Shown piece by piece: positions 44,878 through 55,039 of a stretch of 64,000 bases of DNA. The stretch is taken from NCBI GenBank assembly GCA_965213765.1, contig OZ243926.1:2370971-2434970 (forward strand), in the 5' to 3' direction. The number at the start of each line of letters is the position of its first letter. Position 1 is the stretch's first letter. A program made the translations under genes and the position numbers. The notes beneath the pieces were generated by a model. The model did not search any database. It worked only from the letters and a program-made list of their open reading frames with translations, and was not told the origin of the DNA. The stretch is from Rhodospirillales bacterium (GTDB taxonomy: Bacteria; Pseudomonadota; Alphaproteobacteria; Rhodospirillales; UBA2165).

Positions 44878-46788
44878 ATGGTTAAGGCCTACCCACTACC
44901 CGATCCCGGCACCGCCACGAATGTGACGATGGCAGCCAATGCGAAGGTGGCCCAATCGCTTCCGCTGGCCGATCAATCGGACTTCGAGAAAGCCCGCAAA
45001 GGTCTCATCGCTTCGATCGACGGGCCGATCGAGACCGATGACGGCCGTACCGTCATGGATCCAGGCGCCTTTGCCTTTCTTGATGGTCCGGCGGCCGACA
45101 CGGTTAACCCTTCCCTCTGGCGTCAGGGGCAACTCAACGCCATCCATGGCCTGTTCGAAGTTGCGGACGGCATCTACCAGGTCAGGGGGTATGACATTTC
45201 CCTCATGACCTTGATCCGCGGCGAGACCGGCTGGATTATTGTCGATTGTCTGATCTCGATAGAAACCGCTAGAGCCGCCGTGAAGCTGGCGATGGACCAT
45301 CTGGGCGAACGCCCGATCAGCGCGGTGTTGATCACCCATACGCATGCCGACCATTTCGGCGGCAGCCGCGGCGTCTTGACGGACGATATGATCGCCGATG
45401 GCGACATCCCCATAATTGTTCCCGAGGGTTTCACACGATATTCCGTGAGCGAGGCGGTTCTGGCCGGCAACCAAATGGCACGCCGGGCGATGTATCAGTT
45501 CGGTCTCTTGGTGCCCCCGGGGCCCGCCGGCTTTGTAGATAGCGGGATCGGCAAGTCCAACGCGAAGGGCAATCGAAGCTTTGTGTTGCCGACCAAGGAA
45601 ATTTCGAAGACCGGCGAACGGCTGACGGTTGACGGCGTTGAGTTTGTCTTCCAGATGGCCTCAGGCACCGAGGCACCGTCTGAGTTCATATTCTACCTAC
45701 CTCAGCATAAGGCGTTGTGCATGGCCGAGGTCACCTGCCGTACCATGCACAATATTTTGACCTTGCGCGGCGCTGAGGTTCGCGACCCTCTCCAATGGTC
45801 GGCGTGCATCGACGAGTCGCTGAATATGTTTGGCGACGAAGTCGAAATCTATTTCGCCTGTCACAACTGGCCGGAATGGGGAAACGAGAACATCCGCGAG
45901 TACCTGGAAGAGCAGCGCGATATCTATCGCTATATCCATGATCAGACTCTCCGGCTGGCGAACACCGGCTATACACCTCGGGAAATTGCCGAGGAGGTAG
46001 AAGAGCCCGAGTTCATGAAGCAGTCCTTTTCCGTGCGCGGATATTACGGGACGCTGAACCACAATCTGAAAGCAACTTACCAAAAATATTACGGTTACTT
46101 TGATGGCAATCCCGCTCATCTCGAGCCCCACACGCCGGTTGAGGAGGGCAAGAGATACGTCCAGGCGATGGGCGGCAGCGACGCCGTTTTGGACCTCGCA
46201 TGGTCGGCATTCGAAGCGGGAGACTACCGCTGGGCCGCAACGATTCTCAATCACTTGGTCTTCGCTGAGCCTTCTAACGAAACAGCAAGAGCGATGCTGG
46301 CATCGACATATGAGCAGCTCGGTTTCCAAGCGGAGTCGGTCATTTGGCGCAACATCTATCTCTGTGGAGCTCACGAACTACGAGAGGGCGTAAAACCGCG
46401 TCAGAGAGTCGGTGGGGTCAACGAAGATATCGCGCGGGCTATGCCGATCGGTGACTTCTTCAATCTCCTCGCCGTCAAACTCGACCCGGCAAAGGCGAAG
46501 TCTGTCGACTGCGCCATCAATTTTGAACTCACGGACTCGGATGAGAGTGTCGTGGTGACTGTTGGAAAACAGGTCGAGAACCACAAGCTCAATGCGCGGG
46601 ATGATGACGCAGACCTGACCGTTTCACTAACTCGAACTACGCTCAACGATATCGCGTACGGCCGCAGTTCCATTGATGACGCCATGGAGAGTGGCTCGGT
46701 CAATGTGACCGGTAGTGTCGACACGTTTAAGGCCTACCTCGAAATGCACGATACATTCGATTTGTGGTTCAACGTCGTTGAGCCCTAG
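44878..46788 (+). CDS. Alkyl/aryl-sulfatase (MBL-fold, SdsA1/BDS1 type)
   Basis: ..ITHTHADHFGGSRGV.. metallo-beta-lactamase motif, with a dimerisation region and an SCP2-like C-terminus; 636 aa. Confidence 0.9.
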   Translation: MVKAYPLPDPGTATNVTMAANAKVAQSLPLADQSDFEKARKGLIASIDGPIETDDGRTVMDPGAFAFLDGPAADTVNPSLWRQGQLNAIHGLFEVADGIYQVRGYDISLMTLIRGETGWIIVDCLISIETARAAVKLAMDHLGERPISAVLITHTHADHFGGSRGVLTDDMIADGDIPIIVPEGFTRYSVSEAVLAGNQMARRAMYQFGLLVPPGPAGFVDSGIGKSNAKGNRSFVLPTKEISKTGERLTVDGVEFVFQMASGTEAPSEFIFYLPQHKALCMAEVTCRTMHNILTLRGAEVRDPLQWSACIDESLNMFGDEVEIYFACHNWPEWGNENIREYLEEQRDIYRYIHDQTLRLANTGYTPREIAEEVEEPEFMKQSFSVRGYYGTLNHNLKATYQKYYGYFDGNPAHLEPHTPVEEGKRYVQAMGGSDAVLDLAWSAFEAGDYRWAATILNHLVFAEPSNETARAMLASTYEQLGFQAESVIWRNIYLCGAHELREGVKPRQRVGGVNEDIARAMPIGDFFNLLAVKLDPAKAKSVDCAINFELTDSDESVVVTVGKQVENHKLNARDDDADLTVSLTRTTLNDIAYGRSSIDDAMESGSVNVTGSVDTFKAYLEMHDTFDLWFNVVEP

Positions 46789-46828
46789 TGCCGTGTCGAG
46801 AGTAGCCGATTGACTTGAGGAGGATTTG

Positions 46829-47656
46829 ATGGCCCTGGAACTCTATTATCTTGAGGAGACTGACTCGATTTGCTCGAATCGAGTTGTTGTAACCCTGTCC
46901 GAGAAGGGAATTGCCGACTGGGTTCCCCACAAGATGATCCTCATGAACAGGGATCAGTTCACCCCGGAATATCTAAAGCTAAATCCGAATGGCACGGTTC
47001 CGACACTTGTTCACGATGGTGCCGTCATCCGAGAATCTTCTCTGATTTGCAGCTATATTGACAATTTGAAGGCTGATCCGCCGCTGTCGCCCAGTGACCT
47101 GGTTGAGCGCTATCACATGGCCGAATTCATAAAGTTATTTGATGAGCGAGGATTTGCGGCCACCGGGATCATCAACTTCGTGACCAAGTTTCGCCTGACG
47201 ATCCCACGGGACAAATTGGAAGAACGCTGGAAGCACATTCCGGTCATTGATCGCCTTCATCGTCAGCAGTCCGTTATCAGGGAGGGTCTCGACTCCCTTT
47301 ATGTACTGCGTGCCATCGGTGCCTGGGAAACTATCTTCCGGCGGATGGAGGCGGCGCTGGCTGACGGAAGGCCTTATCTTATGGGTGACCAGTTCACGCT
47401 GGCGGAAACCAACTCGGCGACGTTCGTCAAGGTGATCGAAATGATTCGCTTCCTGGATTTCTGGCTTGAGCCCTACCCGAAGACCAGAGAATGGTGGGAC
47501 CGGGTTTCAAGCCGGCCGAGCATGCAGCAACTGGACACTTTTGCGAGTAACGCGGTCTCCGAGGATTCGCCCCATGCCAAGGCTGGGCGCGAGTGTGAAG
47601 CAGGCTTTCGCAATAAAATTGAAAAATACCGGGAGCAATTTGCGCACGCTTTGTAG
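46829..47656 (+). CDS. Glutathione S-transferase family protein with an N-terminal S-I-C-S motif (PcpC/LinD-like Cys-type)
   Basis: MALELYYLEETDSICSNRVVVTLSEKGI..DQFTPEYLKLNPNGTVPTLVHDGAVIRESSLI. Confidence 0.8.
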   Translation: MALELYYLEETDSICSNRVVVTLSEKGIADWVPHKMILMNRDQFTPEYLKLNPNGTVPTLVHDGAVIRESSLICSYIDNLKADPPLSPSDLVERYHMAEFIKLFDERGFAATGIINFVTKFRLTIPRDKLEERWKHIPVIDRLHRQQSVIREGLDSLYVLRAIGAWETIFRRMEAALADGRPYLMGDQFTLAETNSATFVKVIEMIRFLDFWLEPYPKTREWWDRVSSRPSMQQLDTFASNAVSEDSPHAKAGRECEAGFRNKIEKYREQFAHAL

Positions 47657-47764
47657 ATCGGGCTCGTTTACCGCGGTTCCTCAGGGGTCAGGCGTGCACC
47701 CTCCACCCGTGCCTTGCGGGCGCCGCCTGAACACCCCATTTCGTTTTCCGGACAATGATGCCGA

Positions 47765-47789
47765 AAAAGGCCTGGTTTTACGGCCTTTT
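47765..47789 (+). terminator. Hairpin terminator about 110 nt downstream of the GST gene
   Basis: aaaaggcc tggttttac ggcctttt: 8-bp stem with a T-rich 3' arm. Confidence 0.45.
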
Positions 47790-48485
47790 CTCCTTCGGAC
47801 CGGCGGCAAATCCCTTTCGTGTTCCGATCTAACACCGAGCCTTCCAAATACCGGACAATCACGGTCGGTTTGCACACTCTTTGTGGTAGCCGCCGCGGGC
47901 GGAACGTTGGCTTCACCAAGGTGGATCAGGATGGGGGAACGGGGAAACGGCTACAGCGCCCCGAATACGCCCGGCAATACAATTAGCACCAGAGCGCCCA
48001 ATGCCGCCATCTGGTACCCAATCATCCGGATCGGCGCGAAGATGGTCGTCATTCGAAGGCGAATGCACGTCGAGGTGTTTCGAGTCACACTCAATGGGCT
48101 GGGAGGGTTCCATATGGGGAATCCCGGCTTAAAGTAGGGAGCGTGTTAATTCTGTCGCGACTGAGCACTCGTAATTCGTCCCATTTTCTCATTGAATTCC
48201 GATGAACGCCATCCCTTCCGCGTATGTAGACGGCCATATCAGGGCCGCGGCGATAGACCGGGACCTTGCCGATATCTACGTCCGGCACACCCAGATCGGC
48301 GACCCCCTGATGGACGCAGCGGTTGAGGATCTGGCCGCGCTGCCCAGCCCGGAGGTGTCGCGGCTTATCAAGGCCGGCATGGATCAGGACGAATCCATGC
48401 TTCGAGATGCACCTCACCGGCCTAACATTATGGGATATTTGAATCAGTGCGGTTGTTGGGCTCAACACCGTATACGACAACGGCC

Positions 48486-48905
48486 TCACCCCGCGCCAAC
48501 GGGGTTCTCCAAGGTCATGAGTGCCATATCAATCTCGGCAAGACTGACGCTGACGCGTACCGTATCGCCGTCATTGAGGAATTGTGGTGGGTCTTGCTCG
48601 ATCCCGGTTCCGGGGGGCGTGCCGGTAGTGATGACATCGCCGGGTTCAAACGGATACCAGCGCAAAAAGTAGGCGGTCAATTCGGCAATCGCGTGTACGA
48701 AATCACTCGTCAACGCATCCTGCATGACCTGGTCGTTTATCGTCGAGGCTAGTCGTAGAGCGGTCGGGTCCGGGACATCCTCTTTCGTTACGATTGCCGG
48801 ACCAAGCGGACAGAAGGTTGCGAATGAGTTTCCTTGGCGATTGATGTTTCGTCTCCTACGCTCCTCCGTTTCGGCGGCGCCTCGGTTGCGGCGAGCCGCG
48901 CGTTT
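48486..48905 (-). pseudogene. Fumarylacetoacetate-hydrolase-family gene, 5'-truncated
   Basis: ..GNSFATFCPLGPAIVTKEDVPDPTALRL..NDQVMQDALTSDFVH..PFEPGDVITTGTPPGTG.. Only the C-terminal half is present. Confidence 0.7.
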
Positions 48906-49491
48906 ACTGTAGGCGACCAAGTTGACGCCCGGCCCGTGCCCAGCGGCCCCAGACGCGCAAATATTCCGGTAGCATCAGTTCAGCATTTCCGTCGGTGTCG
49001 AGGCCACGGAATATAATTTCGGCAATGCCCTTGTCGCGAACGATGGGGCTTTGAAGAAATTCCTTCCGCGCGACCCGCCGGTCACTGTCGACATCCATGG
49101 CGAAAAAGATCTTCCGTGCTTCGTCGGTGATGACCCGTTGCCACCCGTATTCGTTGGCCGACATCAGGCCGTCGCGGTTCATGTCGGCGGCGGCGAAGAA
49201 TCCCCGGGTGCCGCGTGGGTTGCCTCGAAAGTGACTGTTTTTGCTGTATTCATCGAGGCTGAGATGGCCGTCGCCATTTTCGTCGAGGCGTCGAACGATG
49301 CGATGGAACCCGGCAATGTCTTCCGCCGTAACGCCCTGCTCAAATTTTGCCTGCATGTGGGCCATGATCTGCACTGGCGACAATCCTTCCGCGCCCACGC
49401 CCACAGTCCAGGATACTGCGAGCGCCACAATACAGCCCGACAGGACGGTTCGGCACCAGCCTACCCGCGACGACTCTCTTGAGTATCGCAT
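48904..49491 (-). CDS. Secreted EF-hand calcium-binding protein
   Basis: Signal peptide, then four EF-hand loops: DENGDGHLSLDEY, DMNRDGLMSANEY, DVDSDRRVARKEF, DTDGNAELMLPEY. Confidence 0.8.
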   Translation of the reverse strand: MRYSRESSRVGWCRTVLSGCIVALAVSWTVGVGAEGLSPVQIMAHMQAKFEQGVTAEDIAGFHRIVRRLDENGDGHLSLDEYSKNSHFRGNPRGTRGFFAAADMNRDGLMSANEYGWQRVITDEARKIFFAMDVDSDRRVARKEFLQSPIVRDKGIAEIIFRGLDTDGNAELMLPEYLRVWGRWARAGRQLGRLQ

Positions 49492-49511
49492 GTATATTTC
49501 CCTCGATATCG

Positions 49512-50522
49512 CTATCCCAACGTGACTTGGTATTCGTAGGTTTCAGGGTCGATCAGGTCGTGCCAATCATCGACACCCCCGACGTTCGGTTGAAACGGAT
49601 TTTTGAGATCGCCGCCCTGCTCGAACATCCAGTAATAGCCACCGCGCGGATAATCCTCTATTTGCCAGGCATTCTGGTCGAGATCCGAAAACGTAAATCC
49701 ATAGGTGCCATGGCTGCCGCTGATTTTATGGATGACGTCAAAACCGAACCGCTCTTCGTGCTCGACGACGATCTCTCGCGCGGCATCGACAAATGCTGGT
49801 CCGGCCACATCGAAACCAATGTGATTGTGCATTTTGTGTTCGCGAATTTTGTTGTCGGTCTCGATGACGTCGATGACGGCGACGCTGTTGAGCCGCGCCA
49901 ACATGCGCTTGGGACCCAACTCGACCGTCTCGAAGCCGAACATTTCTTCATAGAAGTCGCGGGATTTCGAGATATCGACGACTTCGCAGGTGAGGTGCGA
50001 CATGAGCTTGAGATCGAGCACCGCGCGGCCGATTGTGTCGCTGCCCTCGCCCAGCGGTGGAAAAGAACACAGTGCGTGGGTCGTGTCGCAGACGTCGGTG
50101 AACCGATCAGCGTATCCACCGACGGGGTTTTCGAGAATTTCCCAGTAGTTGCCATCCTGGTCGCGCAGCATGAAGCACAAACCGTTTTCATCTTCGCTGA
50201 GTTCGCCGACTTCTTGGATGTTGAATACCGCCTGGTTTTCGAGGGAAAGTTCCCGCGCCTCCCTCACGGCCTCACCGGTTGGCACGTCAAAACCGAAATG
50301 CGCGTTCCGGAGCCACGGCCGATCGGCCTTTGCCAGCCCCTTTTCGCCCAGCGTCACGCCGACGATGGCGGTGTTGCTGCCGAGCCGTGCCACTAAGGTG
50401 CGTTTTGACGTCTTCAGCACATCGAGACCAAGAAAGTCGCGGTAGAAGCGCACCGATTCGTCGACATCCTTTAGTGTCGCATGCCCGTGCGACAGGAATG
50501 GCAGGTCCAACAATGGTTTCAC
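49512..50522 (-). CDS. Two-domain VOC (glyoxalase/dioxygenase) family protein
   Basis: ..FLSHGHATLKDVDESVRFYRDFLGLDV.. and ..MSHLTCEVVDISKSRDFYEEMFGFE. Confidence 0.8.
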   Translation of the reverse strand: MKPLLDLPFLSHGHATLKDVDESVRFYRDFLGLDVLKTSKRTLVARLGSNTAIVGVTLGEKGLAKADRPWLRNAHFGFDVPTGEAVREARELSLENQAVFNIQEVGELSEDENGLCFMLRDQDGNYWEILENPVGGYADRFTDVCDTTHALCSFPPLGEGSDTIGRAVLDLKLMSHLTCEVVDISKSRDFYEEMFGFETVELGPKRMLARLNSVAVIDVIETDNKIREHKMHNHIGFDVAGPAFVDAAREIVVEHEERFGFDVIHKISGSHGTYGFTFSDLDQNAWQIEDYPRGGYYWMFEQGGDLKNPFQPNVGGVDDWHDLIDPETYEYQVTLG

Positions 50523-50620
50523 GATGTATCCCCTTGGAAAAATTCAACAATCGCTACGTGTCGAGCCACATTTCGTGCAGGTGACTCATTTTGAAGACCG
50601 ATGTCTTCGGGCCCTTCACA

Positions 50621-50839
50621 TAGGTCTTCGAAAATTGCCCGCATCACGTTGAGCTTGGTTGGGAAGACGTTGGGATTGGTCGCTGCATCAAAACCATTGA
50701 AGTTGCGGTTCATGGCGACCCGTAGGGTGCCGCCGCGCTTGGCCTGGGCCCATGATTCGGCGGCGACGGTGAATATGATCCCGGTCGCCAAAACCGCAGC
50801 CGACAACGCCGACAACGCAGAGCGATAATTGCCGGATAC
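50621..50839 (-). pseudogene. N-terminal stub of a paralogous family-5 ABC substrate-binding protein
   Basis: ..AKRGGTLRVAMNRNFNGFDAATNPNVFPTKLNVMRAIFEDL parallels residues 38-79 of the gene at 23931. Confidence 0.7.
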
Positions 50840-50952
50840 AGGGGCTGTAAGGCGAAATATGGCAACCTCCCAATCAAAATCGTATACGAAATTTATTATA
50901 ATGTATGACAAAATTTTGAATAATGTCTACAGCAAATTTTGAGGCGGCTGAG

Positions 50953-51246
50953 CCTGAGCGATGGTGACACGCGCCAACAACATTCGAGATGCAACCTCAC
51001 CGCAGCGCTGTCGTGGCCGAAGCCAGTGTCGGTCAGGTCATTGAGATGTATGAGGTGCTGGCGGAGCTGGAAGGCCTGTGCGCTCGACTTGCTGCGCGCC
51101 GTATGACCGATGCCGAACGTGGCAGGTTGCGCGCGCAGCATGTTGCGATAGCGCGCTGCTTGGAGCGGGACGATCGCGATGCCTTCCCCGCACTCAATAA
51201 GGAATTTCACGACATGATCGACGCGGGTGTGGCCTGCCCCCATTAA
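50953..51246 (+). pseudogene. GntR paralogue remnant (HTH deleted, 3' end cut by an IS-end-like repeat)
   Basis: MVTRANNIR is joined out of frame to MQPHRSAVVAEASVGQVIEMYEVLAELEGLCARLAARRM.. Compare 24041-24452. Confidence 0.75.
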
Positions 51247-51284
51247 GTGGTCCAACGCTTAAGTTAGAGTTTGGCGCGGTTGAG
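51230..51284 (+). repeat. Solo IS-end-like repeat (copy 2)
   Basis: tggcctgcccccattaagtggtccaacgcttaagttagagtttggcgcggttgag; see 26522-26577. Confidence 0.45.
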
Positions 51285-51622
51285 GCTCTACCAAAAACAG
51301 TACCAGCCTGGATGTCAGAATCCGGCGGTTCGCATGGAAAAAAGTGGTGGTGGGCGCAGTCTGATGCGAACCCGTCTCCGGCGGATTTGCCGGTTAGCCA
51401 GGGAATATATAAAGGGAAATTGTCTAAGATATGGCTTGGACCCAGGTAGTTCTATGCCCGCAAGGCTCCGTCAAAAGGCGGAACTGGAATTCCATTCCCT
51501 GGTTCGAAACAGGGAATTTCTCCAGCATGTACAACAAAAAATGGGAGAATGTAATTTGAAACGTCGTAAATTGAATCAACATTCGGAGCAAGATTCCCTA
51601 TATGCACGCATAGGGCACAACA

Positions 51623-53440
51623 ATGCGTCTGCGGGAGTCGAGAGGGGCCAATAGTTTGTCAAACGACACCGATCTAAATCCCAAAATTAGCCGGCCGCTT
51701 GTACTGGTCTTGGCCTCGGCTGCCATCGCAGTTTCCGTGCTGGTGGGACAACTTTCCTCAAATTTTGTGGTTCGCCAAATAAAGTCCGAGACGAGTGATC
51801 GCCTTAACTTCTATGCGACACGTTTGGAATCGGCCGTCAACAAACTACGCCACCTACCCATTGCCATCGGAGAACATCCGGCCGTGAAGTCGGCGCTCAC
51901 TGCGCCAACATCGATGCATCCAGCCAACATCTATCTGCAGACGGTGAACTCAGCGGCTGGAGGAGAAGCCCTCTACATTCTTGACCCGACCGGCCTCACG
52001 GTCGCGGCGAGCAATTGGGACAAGTCGTATAGTTTTGTCGGCCATAACTACGGTTTTCGACCTTACTTTCGACAAGCTCTCCTCGGCGATGAGGGTTTGT
52101 TCTTTGCCGTCGGTGCGACGACAGGAAAGCCCGGAGTGTTCATCTCAAGACCAATCAGCAGTGCCGGCACGATCATAGGGGTGGCGGTTATCAAAATTGG
52201 AGTGGATGTACTGACGGAAGATTGGGATCTCCTAGAGGAAAATATTCTTGTCACTGACGGAGACGGGATCGTCTTCTTGTCGACAAATCCTGACTGGCGG
52301 TACAAGTCTATTCAACCGCTAACAGATACCGCTCTAGGCTCGCTCGCAGAAACGAGGAAATATGCCTCGGTAAGGATCGCTCCCCTAACATTTGCGGGTA
52401 AGAGCGGTGAGTTTTTTGGCAGGGTTGAGCTGCAGAATGAAGAATTCCAAGCGGCAAGTGTTGAACTGCCCTTCCTAAATTGGAAACTCCATTACCTCGC
52501 CAGTTTAGGCCCTGCCGAGACAGCAAGATGGATGGGAATTCTAATCGGGGTAGCTCTGTCCTTGGTGATCGGCACCGGACTCCTCTATCTGCGGGAACGC
52601 CGGATGAAATTGGCGAATGCGATAGCAGCAGAGGACGCGGCGAAGATTCGGGAAGCAAACCGGCTGCTGGAAGAGGAGGTTGCGGAACGGCGGAAGGTAG
52701 AATATGAGCTACGAGAGACACAGAGTGAACTCGTGCAAGCGGGGAAGCTAGCCGCTTTGGGACAAATGTCTGCAGCGATTGCCCACGAGGTCAATCAGCC
52801 GATCACGGCGATCAGGACATTTGTTTCGAGCGGACAAGTCTTGTTGAGTAGGTCCAAGACCGACGAGGTCGCAAACAATCTGAACCACATTGGTCAACTG
52901 ACCGAGCGGCTGGCATCTATCACGGGCCAGCTCAAATCATTCTCCAGGAAAACGCCAGGGGTCTTTGCGCCGGTTGAGACCGTCTCCTGCATTGAGACAG
53001 CCATTAGCCTCGTAGAGCCACAGGCGAAGATTGACGGAACGACAATCGAGATGGTGGAGCCTATTGATCAGGTGCAAATATTGGGGGACGAGGTTCGGGT
53101 CGAACAGATTGTAATAAACCTGCTGCGAAACTCTCTCGATGCTGTTCGAGAATGCGATGAGAAACGAATTTTGCTGCGCCTCAGGCAGGAAGGTCCGACT
53201 GCGTTTGTAGAAGTATCAGATAGCGGGCCGGGATTGGATTTGGAGAATTTGGCTCAGGTGTTCGATCCATTTTTTACCACCAAGTCGACAGGTGAAGGGA
53301 TCGGGCTTGGCCTCACGGTCTCGTTTACATTGGCCAAGGAAATGAACGGCAAGCTTACCGCGGCGAACCACCCGAGCGGCGGCGCATGCTTCACCCTGAC
53401 GCTACCCGTCGCCGAACCCACCAACCAGGCAGCCGAATGA
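51623..53440 (+). CDS. Sensor histidine kinase, DctB-like
   Basis: Two TM segments flank a periplasmic domain; ..GKLAALGQMSAAIAHEVNQPITAI.. H-box; N, G1 and G2 boxes (..DSGPGL.., ..GEGIGLGL..). Confidence 0.85.
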   Translation: MRLRESRGANSLSNDTDLNPKISRPLVLVLASAAIAVSVLVGQLSSNFVVRQIKSETSDRLNFYATRLESAVNKLRHLPIAIGEHPAVKSALTAPTSMHPANIYLQTVNSAAGGEALYILDPTGLTVAASNWDKSYSFVGHNYGFRPYFRQALLGDEGLFFAVGATTGKPGVFISRPISSAGTIIGVAVIKIGVDVLTEDWDLLEENILVTDGDGIVFLSTNPDWRYKSIQPLTDTALGSLAETRKYASVRIAPLTFAGKSGEFFGRVELQNEEFQAASVELPFLNWKLHYLASLGPAETARWMGILIGVALSLVIGTGLLYLRERRMKLANAIAAEDAAKIREANRLLEEEVAERRKVEYELRETQSELVQAGKLAALGQMSAAIAHEVNQPITAIRTFVSSGQVLLSRSKTDEVANNLNHIGQLTERLASITGQLKSFSRKTPGVFAPVETVSCIETAISLVEPQAKIDGTTIEMVEPIDQVQILGDEVRVEQIVINLLRNSLDAVRECDEKRILLRLRQEGPTAFVEVSDSGPGLDLENLAQVFDPFFTTKSTGEGIGLGLTVSFTLAKEMNGKLTAANHPSGGACFTLTLPVAEPTNQAAE

Positions 53441-54816
53441 ACGACCGGAAAAATTCGTCCGTCATCTTTGTTGACGACGAGGAACCCATGAGGGTTTCCG
53501 TAAAACAGTGGCTCGAACTGGCAGATTATTCTGTCACGACGTATGCGGATGGTGCCGCTGCCCTCGAATCCTTTAAACCGCAATCCATCGATGTGCTCGT
53601 CACGGATTTAAAGATGCCGGAAGTTGATGGTTTTGATGTTCTGGAGCGCGTCCTCGCCATAGATGCCGAACTACCTGTGATCGTGGTTACGGCACATGGT
53701 GATGTTGATGCGGCTGTAACGGCGATGAAGCAGGGCGCGTATGACTTCATCGAGAAACCATTTTCTCCAGAGCAACTGGCCGAAAGCGTTTTGCGCGCTT
53801 CCGAGAAGCGACATCTGGTATTGGAGAATAGATCCCTCAGGCAAAAATTGACTGGGTCGGATGTGTTGCAGTCCCGTCTGATTGGCAATTGCAAGGCAAT
53901 TGGTAATCTTCGCAGCACGATTTCAGACTATGCTGAAACCGGCGCCAACATTTTGATTCTCGGAGAAACAGGAACCGGCAAAGAAATCGTTGCGAGGTGC
54001 CTGCACGATCTCGGCCCCAACCCAAATGAGAACTTCGTTGCGGTGAACTGTGGCGCAATTCCGGAACATCTGTTCGAGAGCGAGTTTTTTGGTTATCGGG
54101 CCGGAGCATTTACAGGCGCTCATGATACTCGCGCCGGCCACTTTGAGCATGCCGGCAACGGAACCCTTTTCTTCGATGAGGTGACAAGCCTACCCCTTCA
54201 TCAGCAGGTCAAGATTCTGCGTGTATTGGAAGAAGGCCGGGTTACGCCTCTGGGGTCCAGCACCGAAATTCCGGTATCGGCACGATTCTTGAGCGCGGCA
54301 AACGGGAATCCGCTGGACGGAATTGCGGCCGGATCATTTCGACAGGACCTCTATTTCCGTATTAATACTCTCGTCCTGAATGTGCCGCCCTTGCGGGAGC
54401 GCGACGACGACATAATACTCCTCTTTGACCACTTCCTTGCCGAGGCCGAGGTTCGATTTGGCCGGGAGGCCCCTAAGCTCAGGGACCAAGATTTGGCGCT
54501 ACTCAAAGAGCATCATTGGCCTGGAAATGTGCGCGAACTCAAAAATGCTGCGGAAAGGTTTTTGTTCGCCAATAACCACGGTTACAGCCGATTGGCCCAG
54601 GTTATAACCGGGGCGGACGGCCTAAAACCTGAGGCCGCCGCGTCTGACCCAAGCGGAAGCTTGACCGATCAGACACAGGCATTTGAACGCCAGACGATTG
54701 AGGCGTGCCTGAAGAAGCACGGCGGAAATATGTCGGCGGTGATGGAAGAACTCAAGTTGCCCCGACGCACCCTGAACGACAAAATGAAGCGTCACGGATT
54801 GTCTCGAACGAGCTAG
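53437..54816 (+). CDS. Sigma-54-dependent response regulator, DctD/NtrC-like
   Basis: REC domain (..VLVTDLKMPEVDG..), AAA+ domain with GETGTGKE and GAFTGA, C-terminal Fis-type HTH. ATGA overlap with the kinase gene. Confidence 0.9.
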   Translation: MNDRKNSSVIFVDDEEPMRVSVKQWLELADYSVTTYADGAAALESFKPQSIDVLVTDLKMPEVDGFDVLERVLAIDAELPVIVVTAHGDVDAAVTAMKQGAYDFIEKPFSPEQLAESVLRASEKRHLVLENRSLRQKLTGSDVLQSRLIGNCKAIGNLRSTISDYAETGANILILGETGTGKEIVARCLHDLGPNPNENFVAVNCGAIPEHLFESEFFGYRAGAFTGAHDTRAGHFEHAGNGTLFFDEVTSLPLHQQVKILRVLEEGRVTPLGSSTEIPVSARFLSAANGNPLDGIAAGSFRQDLYFRINTLVLNVPPLRERDDDIILLFDHFLAEAEVRFGREAPKLRDQDLALLKEHHWPGNVRELKNAAERFLFANNHGYSRLAQVITGADGLKPEAAASDPSGSLTDQTQAFERQTIEACLKKHGGNMSAVMEELKLPRRTLNDKMKRHGLSRTS

Positions 54817-54944
54817 CTCATTCAAGCAATCATTTGCCAGAATTATTTGTCATGGGCAATATTTTGCTCGTCTCAACCGATGCCCGTAGCCTGGGCTGTA
54901 GATTTCGTTCAACAAATTCAATTGGTTATTATTTTATGCGGAAT

Positions 54945-54960
54945 TGGCATCGGCATTGCA
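54945..54960 (+). promoter_or_regulatory. Sigma-54 (-24/-12) promoter for the TAXI-TRAP operon
   Basis: TGGCAT-cggca-TTGCA matches TGGCAC-N5-TTGCW; about 80 nt upstream of ATG 55040. Confidence 0.7.
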
Positions 54961-55039
54961 TTGCCTACCTGCGACGGGCCTAAAACACAATTACAGCCCG
55001 GGATCATTCAAACAGTAGGCTAACGCTAGGAGACATCTC

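Noticed and set aside
47940-48052. 33-aa hydrophobic minus-strand ORF (MTTIFAPIRMIGYQMAALGALVLIVLPGVFGAL) as a possible small membrane toxin
   Set aside because: No RBS and no partner RNA or gene is evident, and it sits in a region full of gene fragments. The evidence is insufficient.
48202-48430. N-terminal fragment of a DUF2236/MpaB-like oxygenase (MNAIPSAYVDGHIRAAAIDRDLADIYVRHTQIGDPLMDAAVEDL..)
   Set aside because: The family assignment rests on a vague recollection of one short motif. The ORF then reads into antisense of the FAH fragment.
51271-51654. 127-aa ORF upstream of the histidine kinase, and the hairpin ttccctggttcgaaacagggaa (about 51490-51512)
   Set aside because: The ORF has mixed low-complexity composition and no RBS. 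The hairpin could be a regulatory site, but nothing links it to a known motif.
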